A DNA stretch of 64,000 nt from Octopus vulgaris (GCA_951406725.2 OX597821.1:106082001-106146000), one strand, 5' to 3'. Numbered from the stretch's first letter, positions 15,101 through 32,345 are shown. Translations and numbers: made by a program. The notes: generated by a model from the sequence alone, not told the origin.

Positions 15101-17559
15101 TGTGTGTGTGTGTATGTGTGTGTGTTTTAGTGTCAGTATTTGTATGTGTGTGCGTGCACAAATGTATGTGTATGTGTTTATATATGTGTTTATTCATAAA
15201 CATGATAGGTAAGGAGTAGCCATTGCGCCTTATCTAAAGGGTTTCACATTAAAACTAAATATAATGGTGAAAAAAAATGGCGCTCACTATATCCGGTATT
15301 TGACAATGATATGATTACAGTATTCAAGCGCATAGTTGTCCAGATCAGAAAGAAGATCAAAGCCAACCTACCACACATAATAACAGACTGAAAGGAAGAC
15401 CTGCGAACTCTGGTGAACATTGCAGCACTTTCTCAATAAAATGTGATTCAAAAGGTTCTGAAAATCTATCAAAGTTCAATTGTTTTGTAAGGGATATAAA
15501 GAAGTATGAAAGCGAAAATGCTACTAACAATAGCGGGGGAACACGCTGTGATAAATAACATACGAAGCACATGCAAAATAACAATTATAGACTCTGAGCA
15601 CGTTTCTAAGCAAGATTACAAAAGTTACATAATGCATATCTTACGCAATTGTGTTGCAGTACTATTAATTATAATAATGTCACAATAAACAAGAACGGTT
15701 GGTTCATTAACATACTTTTAACAAACTTCAAAATACGAACCGAGATAACAAAAGTATGCTGTTATGCAACGCATATCCACTTCTACAATCGATAACCTTC
15801 TGTGACAGAGTGATGTTCTGAAAAATAGAGAGTGAAAACAGACAATAACAATCATTTAAATCTCCAGCAGAAAGCCATGAATGCAGGGATGAAGGTATGT
15901 TTTAATTCAAATGTCTCCAGTACATCACTGATTTTATGAATCCGGTGTGCTGGTTCGTCTATTTAGCCAACAGCTGAGTACTGTTCAACCAGGAACTAAA
16001 GAGACTTAACTCGACACCGAAAGGTTAATATAATAGGAATATTCATATCTAATACAAGCATATGGTCACACATAAGGTGAGAAGGCTTAATTGTAATAAA
16101 GCAACCTCGTGGATTTACTGATATTTTAGTTTATCGAATGGACAAGGGTGAAAGGAAAATAATTACCTCAGCAGAAATTGGACTCAATACTTGAAGTGAG
16201 ATCAGAAAATGATTTCTTCGATATTCTATCCATTCCAACAATCTATCACAAACCAGTATATTGGTTAGTAATATAATAACTCAAATAATATTTTCCCTTT
16301 TCAACATCAGTAAAAAAAAAAACGTTTTGGGGAACTATTAGGAGCACAAAATGCATTATTGGCTCTTGTTAGAAGTTTTGAAATAATTTTTTTTTAAATA
16401 GCAGGAAACATATGTAGGTGAAATATGTGTTTGTGTCCATGTACGTGTTTAAGGAAACCGATGAATTTAATACTTCCTGAACATAGACGTTTGAAACAGG
16501 CCATAATTTTTGACAAGGACACTTTCCAGGGCAAAAGGATGCAGAATAAATCATCTCTATTGCTCAGGGAAAGTGTAAAATCGCAGATATGCGACTGATA
16601 TCTATATCGTTAATTCTAGTGAAATGAAAATATAATTTTATTCTATGGAATTTGATCTCGAAACTCATTATAGTGTATTATAATTTTGCAAAGATATAAT
16701 TTCCGTTCTCTACCAAATCTGCCGTTCTATATTTTTCATCTTTAACTAAAAGTTTAATTTTGTCTCTCCTACACATTTCTTGATAAGTGCAATTAATGAA
16801 TAAACCATTTTTCACAAATAAATTAAATGCCATAACTATGTGACTTATCATTAAACATCAAAAGACGTCTGCTGTTTTTAGTTTAATAGATCTGATGAAA
16901 GATATCATACTGAAGCGGTCCTGAATCGTCACTCTATTCTGATTGGTTAGAAGTAGCGTTCGTAATTATTATTTCAATGGAAATAAAGCACTAATGTCTA
17001 ATAAACTTTAAGTAGATCAATGGACTTCAATAATTTCTAGTTGAAAGGAAGATAACTTGTTCATATACGCATCATATTTCAACTGGTTCCATAATAATTC
17101 ACCATTTCCAATGGTATTGTAATTATTCCAGTGGATTGTCTATAGGCTGTCCAGTATTAGTAAGATGCATTGCTCGAACACAATAAGACGTGGATAACAG
17201 AATTATTTAGAATGTCAAGACTCATAATTTTAATACATTTATAGAAATATATGTGTCATATATTACAGTACAACCGTCAATTTATCAATGAGTGTCTGTT
17301 CCGCAACTGCGGTAAGAGTCATCCAAACACTGTCGAGACAAAAGAAATAGATGAGAGATGCCACATACCTTGTACGGAAAAGACAAAAATGTAAAGTATT
17401 CTTGGTCAATTCACAGAGACAAGAGGAAGAATGAAGAAGCAGAAAAATGCACGTGCAAGGAAAAGGCAATTAAAATGTATGAGACACCGTACTCTTCGAG
17501 TGCTGAAATACGGTATTGTAATATAATTTTAAATGGTAATTATACAGGATATTAGCTTT

Positions 17560-17807
<248 letters not shown>

Positions 17808-18099
17808 AACATAATGCTTGTTCCTGAAAGAGCAGGACACGGTACATTTTGGATTTATAAATTCTTGAATCAAGAGGGTGTCTTAAAATTGTGTTCAGTA
17901 CTCTGTAATGCTAACTGATGGATGGATGTTCTGAATGCAACGCTATTGCAAATCAGTTTGTACCGAATAGCATTTCATTATATACATACACACATATATA
18001 TATATATATATTTATGTACGTATGTGTTTGTATATACGTATACATTTTATATGTATGCATGTATGTATATATGTGCAAGAAAGTAATGGAAACCTGTAT

Positions 18100-18930
18100 G
18101 ATTATGTGTTGAGAGCAGAGAAAATGCTGTGTCAGATGTGGTTTCCATGATTTCAATTGGGAAATATTTTGGTCGAAGATGCTGCTCAATCTAGCCGATC
18201 AAGTAAGATTAACCGAACTCCGTTATACAAACAGAGTGATTGTGTTTATTTTCCAAATATCCAAACCGGATATTGAAACCAATCTGCGCCAACTTGGTTA
18301 CGTCAGCAGTCACAACAGTTGGTCTCGCATGAATCGAATAATTAATAACAGCGAGGCCTACCAGATTTCCATCTGTGATTCGTTGCGGATACATGAAGAG
18401 GCGATTCTCTCTTAGGAGAGAATGGCGGCTGGTATCAAAAGAATGGACCGTCTATAACAATGCGAAGTGCAAACGGTCATGAGGGAAGAGCGGTGAACCA
18501 TCAAAGCAAGATTCCACTCCAAGAAGTTTATGGTTTTAATTTGATGGGATTTGAAGTGTTATCTTTTATGAGAGTCTTCTCAAGGACAGAACCATGAATT
18601 CACGTGTATATTGTGAATAGCTTGACAAATTAAATACATCAATCTACCAAATTGTCAAATACTGGATAATCGTATAGGCATTGTCTTTCATCACGGCTGT
18701 GCTTCACCGCATCAGGCGTTCAATGTGCTTTCCGTATTTGCTCAACCTTCAGCATTCAAATTTCCACGTTTCAGTATCTTTAAAATTAATTGAAATGACT
18801 GATCTTCAAACCTCAGGCGGATATAAAAGTTTATCTGGAATAGTTTTTCGCCAGGAAAAACTGGAAATTCTCTCGGCACAGAATAATGGATCTGCTCGCT
18901 AGATTACAAAAGGAAAGGTTAATCGTATCA
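18100..18930 (+). pseudogene. Highly decayed mariner transposase relic
   Basis: Fragments NLRQLGYVS..NSW and SICDSL, then *WDLK (WWD motif) and RTMNS..YCE*LDKL, in mariner order with many stops and frameshifts. Confidence 0.7.
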
Positions 18931-19197
18931 TTGACTGAAGAAATCGCTTTGTATTTAAAACGTGTCATATTTTTGCATAAACACCTGACGCGTACGCACG
19001 TATCCCCACCCCACACGCATCTTTATATACAAGTGTGTCGACAAAAGAATGAAAGAGGTACTCAACAAATTTAGTAGGGGTTACATATATTATTTATAGT
19101 TTATAGTTTGATTCGGTTTCCGTACTACTTCAAGTCTCGCTAACTGGAACCCAACTGCTTCACACTTCTGGAAGTGGGAATACACACACACACACAC

Positions 19198-19599
<402 letters not shown>

Positions 19600-20764
19600 C
19601 ATACATATATATGTGAGTGTGTGTGTGTGTATGTGTGTGTGTGTGTGTGTGTGGTGTGTACGTGTGCCTGTGTGTATGTGTGTATGGTTGATATGAAAAT
19701 GAAAGAAATGACATTCGTGTAGGTACCATACCGTGAGATCGAACCTGGAAACTGGAGAATACGAAAGAAACTTCTTCATTATGCACCCTTGCTGTATCTA
19801 CCTGCATTTTGACATTCATTCATGTATGTGTATTTATGTCTACATCGCTGTGTGTTTACTATGAATATATTAATGGGAAAATGAATATAAAAGTCAAAAA
19901 TATTGCGTAGAAACGAGAAAAATCTTCCGTTTGGCATAGATGAAGAATCTCTAGAAGGCGTATTAAGCGGGTGAAGGAGAGAATTAATTTCATATACACA
20001 TTAATTAGGGAACGTAATTATAAGATATATTTGCTGTACGAAAGTGGTATTTGTCCTGATCGGATTAGACAACAGCAGACAAACTATTAAGAAATCCCTT
20101 TAATTCTTTAATAGCAAATATCTTCGAAATATTTTCTCGTTTATTTTACTAATATCAAGCTTAATAGGTATTTTAAATACGGTGGACAGAGGAAGAGCTA
20201 ATACCCAGTTTGCAGTGATTCTTTCTGTAAATTGTATTGAAATTTAAATGAAAAATTTCAACCAGATATATAGGATATTTAAATTCTAATTTCGAACACT
20301 AATTGATTTTCCTAAAATTTCCGGCATTGCCAATTTTCTATAAACGTCAGATTAGAGTAAAGCCTATTTTGGAGAATCTAATTTATCCTCTGCGGTATTG
20401 AATACTCGCTATTGTATAAAATATATGATTTAATTGTTATATGTATAAATATACGGAGACGATATTTAAAAACAATTGTTGCGCAACCGTCATCTTTTCA
20501 TACACGTACGAACACAAACATACAAGGGCTTATAGGTTTATGTTTCAAATGGATTTCTTTCTCTATTATATATATATATATATATATTACTGAGATTGGT
20601 GTGTATATATCTCCCTCCCTCTCCCCCTCTCTCACGAATATATATGTATATATTTTATCCAACGTTCTTATATTATTACTATTACTGTTGTTTTTGTTTC
20701 TGCTTTCGTTGTTGTTATTATTGCTATTATTAATATTATTATTATTATCATTATTATTATTATT

Positions 20765-21685
<921 letters not shown>

Positions 21686-21722
21686 TTTATCACAATTATT
21701 ATTGATGTTGTTGTTCTTCTTA

Positions 21723-21788
<66 letters not shown>

Positions 21789-21829
21789 AAACGTGTGTTT
21801 GTATGTAATTGTACATGTGTACTTGGGTG

Positions 21830-22045
21830 TGTTATACAGTGTCTGTGTTTCTCCCGCCAACAACACTTGACAAGCGATGCTGGCGTGTTTACGTTCCCGT
21901 AACTTAGCGGTTCGGCAAATGAGACCGATAGAATAAGTACTAAGCTGCCAAAGAATGTCCTGGGGTCGATTTGATCGTCTAAAGGCCGTGCTCCAGCATG
22001 GCCGCAGTTAAATCACTGAAACAAGTAAAAAAGTTAAAGAGTATA
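21830..22045 (+). mobile_element. SINE family A 3' half
   Basis: cttgacaagcgatgctggcg...gaaacaagtaaaa. Confidence 0.85.
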
Positions 22046-22051
22046 TATATA

Positions 22052-22121
<70 letters not shown>

Positions 22122-22124
22122 ATA

Positions 22125-22860
22125 TTACAAATTGAGATAGGGGTTGTGAGTTCAACCCACCATGAGATAACATATATCCAATATACTGCCAGTAAAGCAC
22201 CCAACAAAGTTAATACATAAATGTTAAGAATTGCGATGCAATTAATTCATTTATTGTATTATATGTAATGTTTTACCACAAATTCATAATACAAATTCAT
22301 AATACAAAATAAGAAAACGGAGAAAAACACCTTAATCAATAATCAACTACCAGATAATACCCATTCACATAATTTATTAACCATCTACATATGAACATCA
22401 AGGTCAAACATAATAGTACAGAACAAAACAGTGCACAATGATACAATAAGTACAATATGTATAAATAAATATAAATAAATATAAATATAAATATAAACTA
22501 TATCTTACAGCTGTTTCAGCCATGTAGATATGAGTATCTCATTATGCTCATATTAGCCAGGTGTGATGAGTTAAAATGTGGTTATAAATGAGACACTTAC
22601 AAATATATCCCAAGGCCTCTTCAGGGAATAAAGTACAATCTAAATATGAATATCAGAGAAGGTACACCCATACAAGAATGAGTACATATACATTATATAT
22701 AATATACACATACATATAAGCGTATTATTATATATTATGTATATGTACTCATTCTTGAATAGGTGTACCTTCTCTGATATTCATATTTAGATTGTACTTT
22801 ATTCTCTATCTGGTAGTTGATTATTGATTAAGGTGTATTTCTCCATTTTCTTATTTTGTA
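22125..22860. mobile_element. PLE-type non-coding element with partial inverted copy and a minus-strand hammerhead
   Basis: 22626-22690 is inverted at 22741-22804 and ~22300-22356 at 22806-22860; hammerhead at 22501-22630 (-). Confidence 0.7.
22501..22630 (-). ncRNA. Hammerhead ribozyme motif with extended stem II
   Basis: Reverse complement: CTGAAGA-ggcc...ggct-GAAA-cagctg-TA; palindromic stem III ACAGCTGT, GUA triplet, imperfect stem I. Confidence 0.65.
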
Positions 22861-23364
22861 TATATATATATATATACACATGTATATTAGTGTGTGCGTG
22901 AAGGCACATGGCTCAGTGGTTAGCGTATTCGGTTCACACACATACACACACAAACGTGCACGCATATACACACGCCATCCTACCAAATATTAAACACACA
23001 CAGACACATTTACATACATCACAATAAACCCTGGGACCAATCAAAAACGACCCACACACACAAACACAAACACATGTATACACACACACACTCACACCAT
23101 TCTAACCTCTAAAGACCAATCCCCAAAACCACTGAACCTTGAAAGAGAAAGAAAAATACCTTTCAATTCCACATTGCTCTTCCTTCCCTCCACCCAAACC
23201 AACCTCCTGCACTGTCCCTTGAAACAGAAAATAGCCTTATACGATAAAATGGTGAAAGAGATCAGTTCATCCCAAATTCTTTGCAAACTCCTAAATATAT
23301 CCTTCTGTGTATATATATACCACCAAAATATGACATTTTTGAACTTATAATTTTCTAAAAAACA

Positions 23365-23725
23365 TGATTTTTAATGAAATCCTAATTTTTGTTATGAACT
23401 TTTTAATATTTTCTCAAGATTTTCCTGTAAACTGTTTTTAACATTTTCTTATTATTATCAAAAAATGTATATATGTATTGTAATTTTTTTGTGACAACCA
23501 GTATTTAACACTACAAAGCTTTTACAAGGCTTTCTTATTTTACTTTTGACAATCTTATTTTTAATGAAATCCTAATTTTTTTATGAATTTTTAAATATTT
23601 TCTCAAGATTTTTCCATATAAACTGTTTTTAACATTTTCTTATTAATATCAAAGAATGTATATATGTATTGTAATATTTTCTGACAACCAGGACTTAACA
23701 CATGTTACATATTACTTTTGACAAT
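23365..23725 (+). repeat. Tandem duplication of ~190 bp
   Basis: ttttaatgaaatcctaattttt...gacaaccag occurs at ~23370 and ~23560. Confidence 0.8.
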
Positions 23726-24008
23726 ATTTTTCTAAAAAAAGTGAAACCGGTTAAGTGAATAAGCATCTTTTAGAATTGCATTTTAAAACCTTCTTTCATA
23801 TCTATATATATACACGAAACATGGGCGTTTAGTTCACAGGTGAGCTAAACGATTAGGTACGCTAGGTAAGTGTGATTTAACGGATTACTAGGGCTCTAGG
23901 GTTGTAAGCCGAGATGGTAGTTATGGAGCTATTGCAGATTTCCCATAGAGAGGATATATAATTGTTGCCCCTTTACAATGATATATATGTGTGTTTGTGC
24001 GTGTGTGC

Positions 24009-24061
<53 letters not shown>

Positions 24062-24709
24062 GAGAGAGAGAGAGACCAAAGTGTGCGTACGGCGCTATAT
24101 ATATATAATAGAAAATGGGACAAGAACGCAAAACATCCAGACAGGTGATACAAAAAAGGGACAGCAAAACATCGAGATAGACTTTACAAAGAAAACAAGG
24201 ACGGGGAAAAAAACGGAGTGTGTTACACGTCCTTGTTTTCGTATACATCCAATGTTAAAAATTGGTTATCACTCCAAACTGTGTGGCGCAGAAAACTTCA
24301 GGTTTTTTGTTTTTATGAAACGAAGTATAGATCTTTCTTGGAGGGATTCAAATCAAAAACTAAAGAAGTTTAAAAAGTCATAATTTTATACTCTTTATAT
24401 ATTTATATATATATATATATATAATAAAGTAAGAAAATGGAGAGTTGGGGATATATTTATATATAAAGAGAGAGGGAGAGGGAGGGAGAGGGAGGTAGAG
24501 ACAGAGAGACAAAGACAGAGACGGAAAGAGACAGAGAATATGTTAATCCAACACGGGTTTTTGAATCTCCATTTGTTTGCCTCTTCGTTTCTCTGCGTAG
24601 AAACATTAAAGATTTTAACGTTGATCATTCCCTGTCAGTATCTTGTTATTCTTTCCTTTTCTATCTCTCTCACCCTTCTCGTCTCTCACACACTCTCTCT
24701 TTCTTCCAA

Positions 24710-24780
<71 letters not shown>

Positions 24781-25886
24781 TCGCCATAATAGATCGTTAG
24801 CCACTACACAATTTTGTTTGCTCTCCTTGTTTTTTGTGTGTACCTTTCTGTAGAAGAGCGTAGGCTCGAATGGTAAAAGACTTTTTCTATTCCTGAGCGT
24901 TACACTAATACATCGGTTTGTTTTGTTCACCACCTGTCTTCGTGGTTTGTTTTTTTCGTAAACTCCCCCTATTTGTGCGTGTGAATGCACGTCTATTTTG
25001 CGTGTTGTGTGCGTGCGTTCGTGTGTCTGTGTGTTTCTAATTTATTTTTACCGCTCCGTACTCGACCGACAGCTTGGTTCTGAAGCATGTGTATATTGAA
25101 AATCGATATACCTAAGCGAACTATCAAAATATATAAGTATATATATATAGGCGCAGGAGTGGCTGTGTGGTAAGTAGCTTGTCTAACACACATGCGCAGT
25201 TAGTCAGTTGCTTCCTGTTCAGCCAGAGTGGACGCGAGTCAACCAGCTCCGTCCAATTAAAGAAAAAAGACCAAAAACGGAAAGTTGTCGAGGTAAGTGA
25301 TTTTGTTTATTGTGAGTTGGGCATAATTTATTGCGTACCAATTATTATTTCAGTAAGTTGTGTCCAACTCTGAGACAATTTCGCCTGCTCTCGGCGGCTG
25401 CCGTTTTTGTGTTCATTGAAAAAAAAAAGAAAAAACAGTGGAGGGGCGTATCCTCGGAATTCAATACAGTTACTGTTAAAATTACCGTTGGCGGTAGCCA
25501 GTGCTGTGTTTGGGTTTGTTGAATTTATTCCCTTGTCAGAGTACTTCGCAAGAAAATTATAAAAATAAGCCACTATTGGATTACCTTTCGGACCCATTTT
25601 TGTGGAGGTTGTGTTGCAGTTGCGGCGTTCCAGGTTCAACCCAGGCCGGGAGTACCGCAAGGCCAGAATATTTTTGCTGTGTTTTTTCTGTTTATTAACT
25701 TTCTTTTGAACTTCATTTAACCCCCCTTTGTTTTTTTTTCTTTATTGCGACTTTCCGTTAATTTCTTCCCTTCTGTTGTGCTTCCTCCTTTTTGTTTTTT
25801 CAAAAATCTATCAAATTTTATTTGGACTTTTGAACTTTTTTCTTCCTGCTTTTTGAGTTTAATTTGAATATATTTAAAAAAAAAAC

Positions 25887-27123
25887 ATGGCAATGAAAAA
25901 TAACAAAATTTTGGAGTGGGAAATCATACCACCTAAAAAGTGGTTAAAAGACCGTGAAGATAGGACGGTGGTGTTGAGAACCTACTCCAAGGCACTCGAC
26001 ACCATCGCCCTATTCGAAAAGACGGCAGTTCAAAAAGAGTTGGAAGAGTATTTGCCAACAATTAAATTCATTTCCAGGGGTGTCAAATATGCAACGGTGT
26101 GGTTGCTATTTGACACCCCTGAAGAGGCTTGCAAATTTTCTAGCAAACCCCTGGAGGGTAAAGAAATCTTATTCCTGCCCACGTACAAAAAAAGAAATTG
26201 ATGAAAGCTTGGATCTGCGGACTGCCACCCGACATAGAACCCGAGTGGATAGAGGAGACTATCCGCCGGGGTCTGGGTGACAGCGAAACTAAGCTCCTCA
26301 ATGTAAAAGTTCTTCCTGCGGCTGCTTGGGTTGGGTCAAAAGCAATTTTGACCCTGTGGACCCAATCAGCCAATCTGGTTCTTCCAGACTTTTTGAAAAT
26401 GGCCGGGTGCAGGTACGCGGTGATGCTTGAGGGTCGCCCCCCTAAGTGTCATCGGTGCTTGGAGTCCGGCCACATAAAGAAGAACTGTCCTCGGGAACAA
26501 AATAGGATCCCGGAACAGTTAAGTAAAACCCCTCTAGAAGAGGGAACGATAACGGCCGAGAAAGCAGAGGACTCCTCAAATAGAGGCCGAAAGAGGAAGG
26601 TGAGCAACAATGGGTGCTCACCAAAGGATAATAGGGATGAGGAGAGGAAGGCGAATCTTCCAGCCACGGAGGAGACGCACCCTCCCTCAGATGAAAAGGA
26701 AAAAAAAAGAAAAAGAGGAAGAAAAACGGGACATTACCGGCTGTCAGTGTAGCACCGGAATGTCCCGGAACTACGTCGGTTGGGGTTGTGCCACCGACAA
26801 GAGAAGGAATACCGTTCGCGGGAACTGTGCCGCCAACGAAAGAACTAAACGTATTGGTCCTCTTCTATAGAGGAGGAGAAATTGAAAAAGTGATGGAAGA
26901 GCACTACAAGGGAGCACCTTTAGCCTTCACACAGGACCCCGAATGGCCTCCGCAGGTAGCTGTGGAGGCCGTGGCGTTCGACGTGACGCTTGGGCTAAAG
27001 GAGCTCAATGAAGATTATAACTTGGTCCCGGGCGACGCGAACTCGGAACTTGATTACGTTCTGAGGGAGGCGTGGTTGATGGTGGAGGGCGCGGGCACAA
27101 GCTATTTCGAGGACGATATGTAA
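25887..27123 (+). CDS. LINE ORF1/Gag-like CCHC zinc-knuckle protein, ~412 aa if two A-run frameshifts are repaired
   Basis: Three ORF-track pieces join by -1 shifts at A7 (~26187-26193) and A9 (26700-26708); motif CHRCLESGHIKKNC; homologous to the ORF at 43.0-43.8 kb. Confidence 0.75.
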
Positions 27124-27134
27124 TTATTGAACTG

Positions 27135-27264
27135 TTATTATTAGTAATGGACTTAAGTCCAAAAACTGAAAAATTGTAAGAGGATTAATACCTCGTTTTT
27201 TATTAATAATGGACTGCTAAGTCCAAAAATTGGAAAAATTGTAAGAGGTTTAATACCTCGTTTT
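27135..27264 (+). repeat. Two tandem ~65-bp repeats in the element's 3' UTR
   Basis: taatggact..taagtccaaaaa.tg.aaaaattgtaagagg.ttaatacctcgtttt twice. Confidence 0.9.
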
Positions 27265-27497
27265 GTGTTTATCTTTAAAAAGAACAATGTCCTCGTCCAG
27301 CCCGCAAAGCTAACTTAATCTGTGTACTGCCTTTATGGCAAATGTTTTGAAATAAAGTAGCTTGTTTGCCAACCATATTGTTCTGGGTTCAGTCCCACTG
27401 CGTGATACCTTGGGCAAGTGTCTTCTACTATAGCCTCGGGCCGACCAAAGCCTTGTGAGTGGATTTGGTAGACGGAAACTGAAAGAAGCTCGTCGTA

Positions 27498-27541
<44 letters not shown>

Positions 27542-27776
27542 CGTGTGTGTTTGTGTGTCTGCGTTTGCCCCCCTAGCATTGCTTGACAACCGATGCTGGT
27601 GTGTTTATGTCCCAGTCACTTATCGGTTCGGCAAAAGAGACCGATAGAATAAGTACTGGGCTTACAAAGAATAAGTCCCGGGATCGAGTTGCTCGATTAA
27701 AGGTGGTGCTCCAGCATGGCCACAGTCAAATGACTGAAACAAATAAAAGAGTAAAAGATATATATATATCTATATA

Positions 27777-27811
<35 letters not shown>

Positions 27812-28383
27812 TTGTATGTATACATATATATATATTTGTGCGTATGCATATATACATGAATCCATCCGTATATATTTATGTGTATGTATGTGCATATACC
27901 ATGTTGCAATTAATAAACACTATGGATGGGGTGGAAGTAATCTACTGGGTGCGCTCTGCATCCCAGTTCAAACCACTGCGCAAATAAAGAACCAGAAGTT
28001 TTGATGAATAATTATAAAGTTAAGAAGGTTCCAGAATGGATAATTAATGAGACACTGATATAGGAATTTAGAGCGGTTCTGTTTCTTATATGTATATGTA
28101 TGTGTGCACGTATCTGTTTCAGTGTTTGTATATCCATGTATGTGTCTGAGATTTGTTCAGAATAGTACGTTTATCAAATTAGATAAGAGTACCTCTAAGG
28201 CAAACAAGGAAATTGAGAGAAAGTGATGGACAGAAAGAGAGAGTCAGGGGGAGTGTAGGAAAGAGAAGGAGAGAGAGAGTTAGAGACGGCAGAGGTGGGA
28301 GAGATGCAAATCTTTGTATACATGAGAATGATCTATTTCATAACAAATTCATTGCTCACAGATTTCTGAAATCCACTTGGCTT

Positions 28384-28790
28384 AGGAGTGGCTGTGTGGT
28401 AAGTAGCTTGCTTACCAACAACAGGGTTCCGGGTTCAGTCCCACTGCGTGGCACCTTGGGCAAGTGTCTTCTACTATTGCCTCGAGCCGACCAAAGCCTT
28501 GTGAGTGGATTTCGTAGACGGAAACTGAAAGAAGCCCGTCGTATATATGTATATGTATATATGTGTATGTGTGTGTGCGTTTGTGTGTCTGCGTTTGTCC
28601 CTCCCCCCAGCATCGCCTGTCAATCGATGCTGGTGTGTTTACGTACCTGTAACCTAGCGGTTCCGCAAAAGAGACCGATAGAATAAGTAATAGACTTAAA
28701 ACAGAATAAGTCCTGGGGTCGATTTGCTCGACTAAAGGGGTACTCCAGCATGCCCGCAGTCAAATGACTGAAGCAAGTAAAAGAGTAAAA
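28384..28790 (+). mobile_element. SINE family A
   Basis: aggagtggctgtgtggtaagtagcttgc...gtaaaagagtaaaa. Confidence 0.9.
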
Positions 28791-29349
28791 TAAAACAGTA
28801 CAGAAATATTGAATCAGCGAAGGAAGAATGGAGCTATTGAAAAGAAAATTATTCCACCGAGTTGAGGTTACACATTTAATACATTTGAAGAGAAAATATG
28901 TGGTATTGGCGCAAAGAACAAATAGTTTCAACTACACAGTATCCAAAATTCAAGCGTTCACAGACACACGCACGCTGCAACAGATACAGTCAGACATGCA
29001 GCAAACATCTATGGGTGCTCGTGTGCGCGTCGGTGCGTGTGCGTGTGTATGTGTGAGAGTGTGAATAAGCGTATATCTGTGTGTGTGTGTGTGTGTATCT
29101 TATGTATTTATATATTTCAATGGAATCGAATTCACGAGAATACGAGCGGAAATAATATGCGTGGGTTATGCGATGTTGAGAGATCGAACAGATTAAAATG
29201 CATAAGCACTCAGTATATATGTGTGTGTGTGAGTGTGTGTGTGTGTGTGTATGTGTGTGTGTGTATACGTGTCTGCCTATCTACCTATCTATCTATCTTT
29301 ATAAATGCATGTAAACATTTGTGTGGGTTTATCGGCGTGTGTATTCGTG

Positions 29350-31469
<2,120 letters not shown>

Positions 31470-31485
<16 letters not shown>

Positions 31486-31978
31486 TCAACTTGTGTGTCT
31501 GTGTGTGTATCTGTGCGTGTGACTGTGTGTTTAACTTCCCGGCACATCTCCTCCTAGCCAATAAATCGTAGAACCACCAAAAATGGGTCACTTAAAGTTT
31601 AGGCGAATGAAAATTGAACTGCGCTATTTCTGTTCCGAAATTCATCTCGCAAGTGCAAAAATCGATAATGTGTTCATTTAGGCCTTATCCCATGCATTGA
31701 ATAGTGAACTTTACTCAGTCAGCTGTTTGACGTGAACTCTGTTCACCACGCGTGCAAGCATGCGTAAATTGCATGAAAAATGAAATATCAAGATATGAAA
31801 ACGAATCGCCGTAAACATTGTAGAAATTCGGCAAAGAAAGGAATTTTCAGGATGTAGCCTGGAGGGTTATTTCGTATTAATCGTTTGGACTTTGTGAACA
31901 CATGCCAATTGTTTTCATAACATGTTTAACGCTTTGAATTAAATGTGACCATTTTGCAAAGCCGGGCAATACTGCTAG
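31470..31978 (+). mobile_element. Non-autonomous Helitron-like element
   Basis: 5' tatatataaaa followed by a gtgtct-type microsatellite; 3' end gcaaagccgggcaatactgCTAG followed by T. Confidence 0.6.
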
Positions 31979-32165
31979 TATATATATATATATAAATATA
32001 TATATATATTGTTATATTTCGGAATGGTCATATTGCCAGTTTAGCCAATAAAAACACACGCACTATATATTTGGTGTTATTTTGCTTCAGTGATATTTAT
32101 TTTTTACATTAATCTTAATCTTATTTCGGCCAAAGTTCTTTCGTCACACTCCTGTGACCGCATCA

Positions 32166-32345
32166 TTAAAAGCTCATCGATTCTGTACCAACACGCCGAA
32201 CAAGAACACGGAGGATCAATCAATAACATAGAGATTAAGATATTGTCCACACATAGAACAGATGCAACAATTAGACAAATTACAGAAGCTACACATATAA
32301 TAGAAAATAAACCTAGCCTGAATAGAAAACTAGAATGGTGCAATA
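32166..32345 (+). pseudogene. PLE GIY-YIG endonuclease C-terminal fragment
   Basis: SSILYQHAEQEH...IKILS...RQITEATHIIENKPSLNRKLEW matches the H..H/IL/R..EA..I...P.LN pattern of PLE endonucleases. Confidence 0.8.

Larger units (their letters stand above)
25183..27354 (+). mobile_element. ORF1-only (half-LINE-like) non-LTR retroelement
   Basis: 11-bp TSD aagtagcttgt at 25172-25182 and 27355-27365; ~700-bp 5' UTR, Gag-like ORF, short 3' UTR ending aataaa; no RT. Confidence 0.8.
25150..27757 (+). mobile_element. SINE family A split by a 2.17-kb insertion
   Basis: Head at 25150-25182 resumes at 27355 and runs to the gtaaaaga tail. Confidence 0.9.

Noticed and set aside
15800-15900. Possible host exon ending at aag/gtatgt
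   Set aside because: Only a splice-donor-like motif, with no recognisable protein similarity or partner exons
26180-26200. Programmed -1 frameshift at AAAAAAG
   Set aside because: The heptamer is not in the required codon phase of the upstream ORF
27135-27264. CRISPR-like direct repeats (also 52530-53121)
   Set aside because: Eukaryotic TE context, no unique spacers and no cas genes
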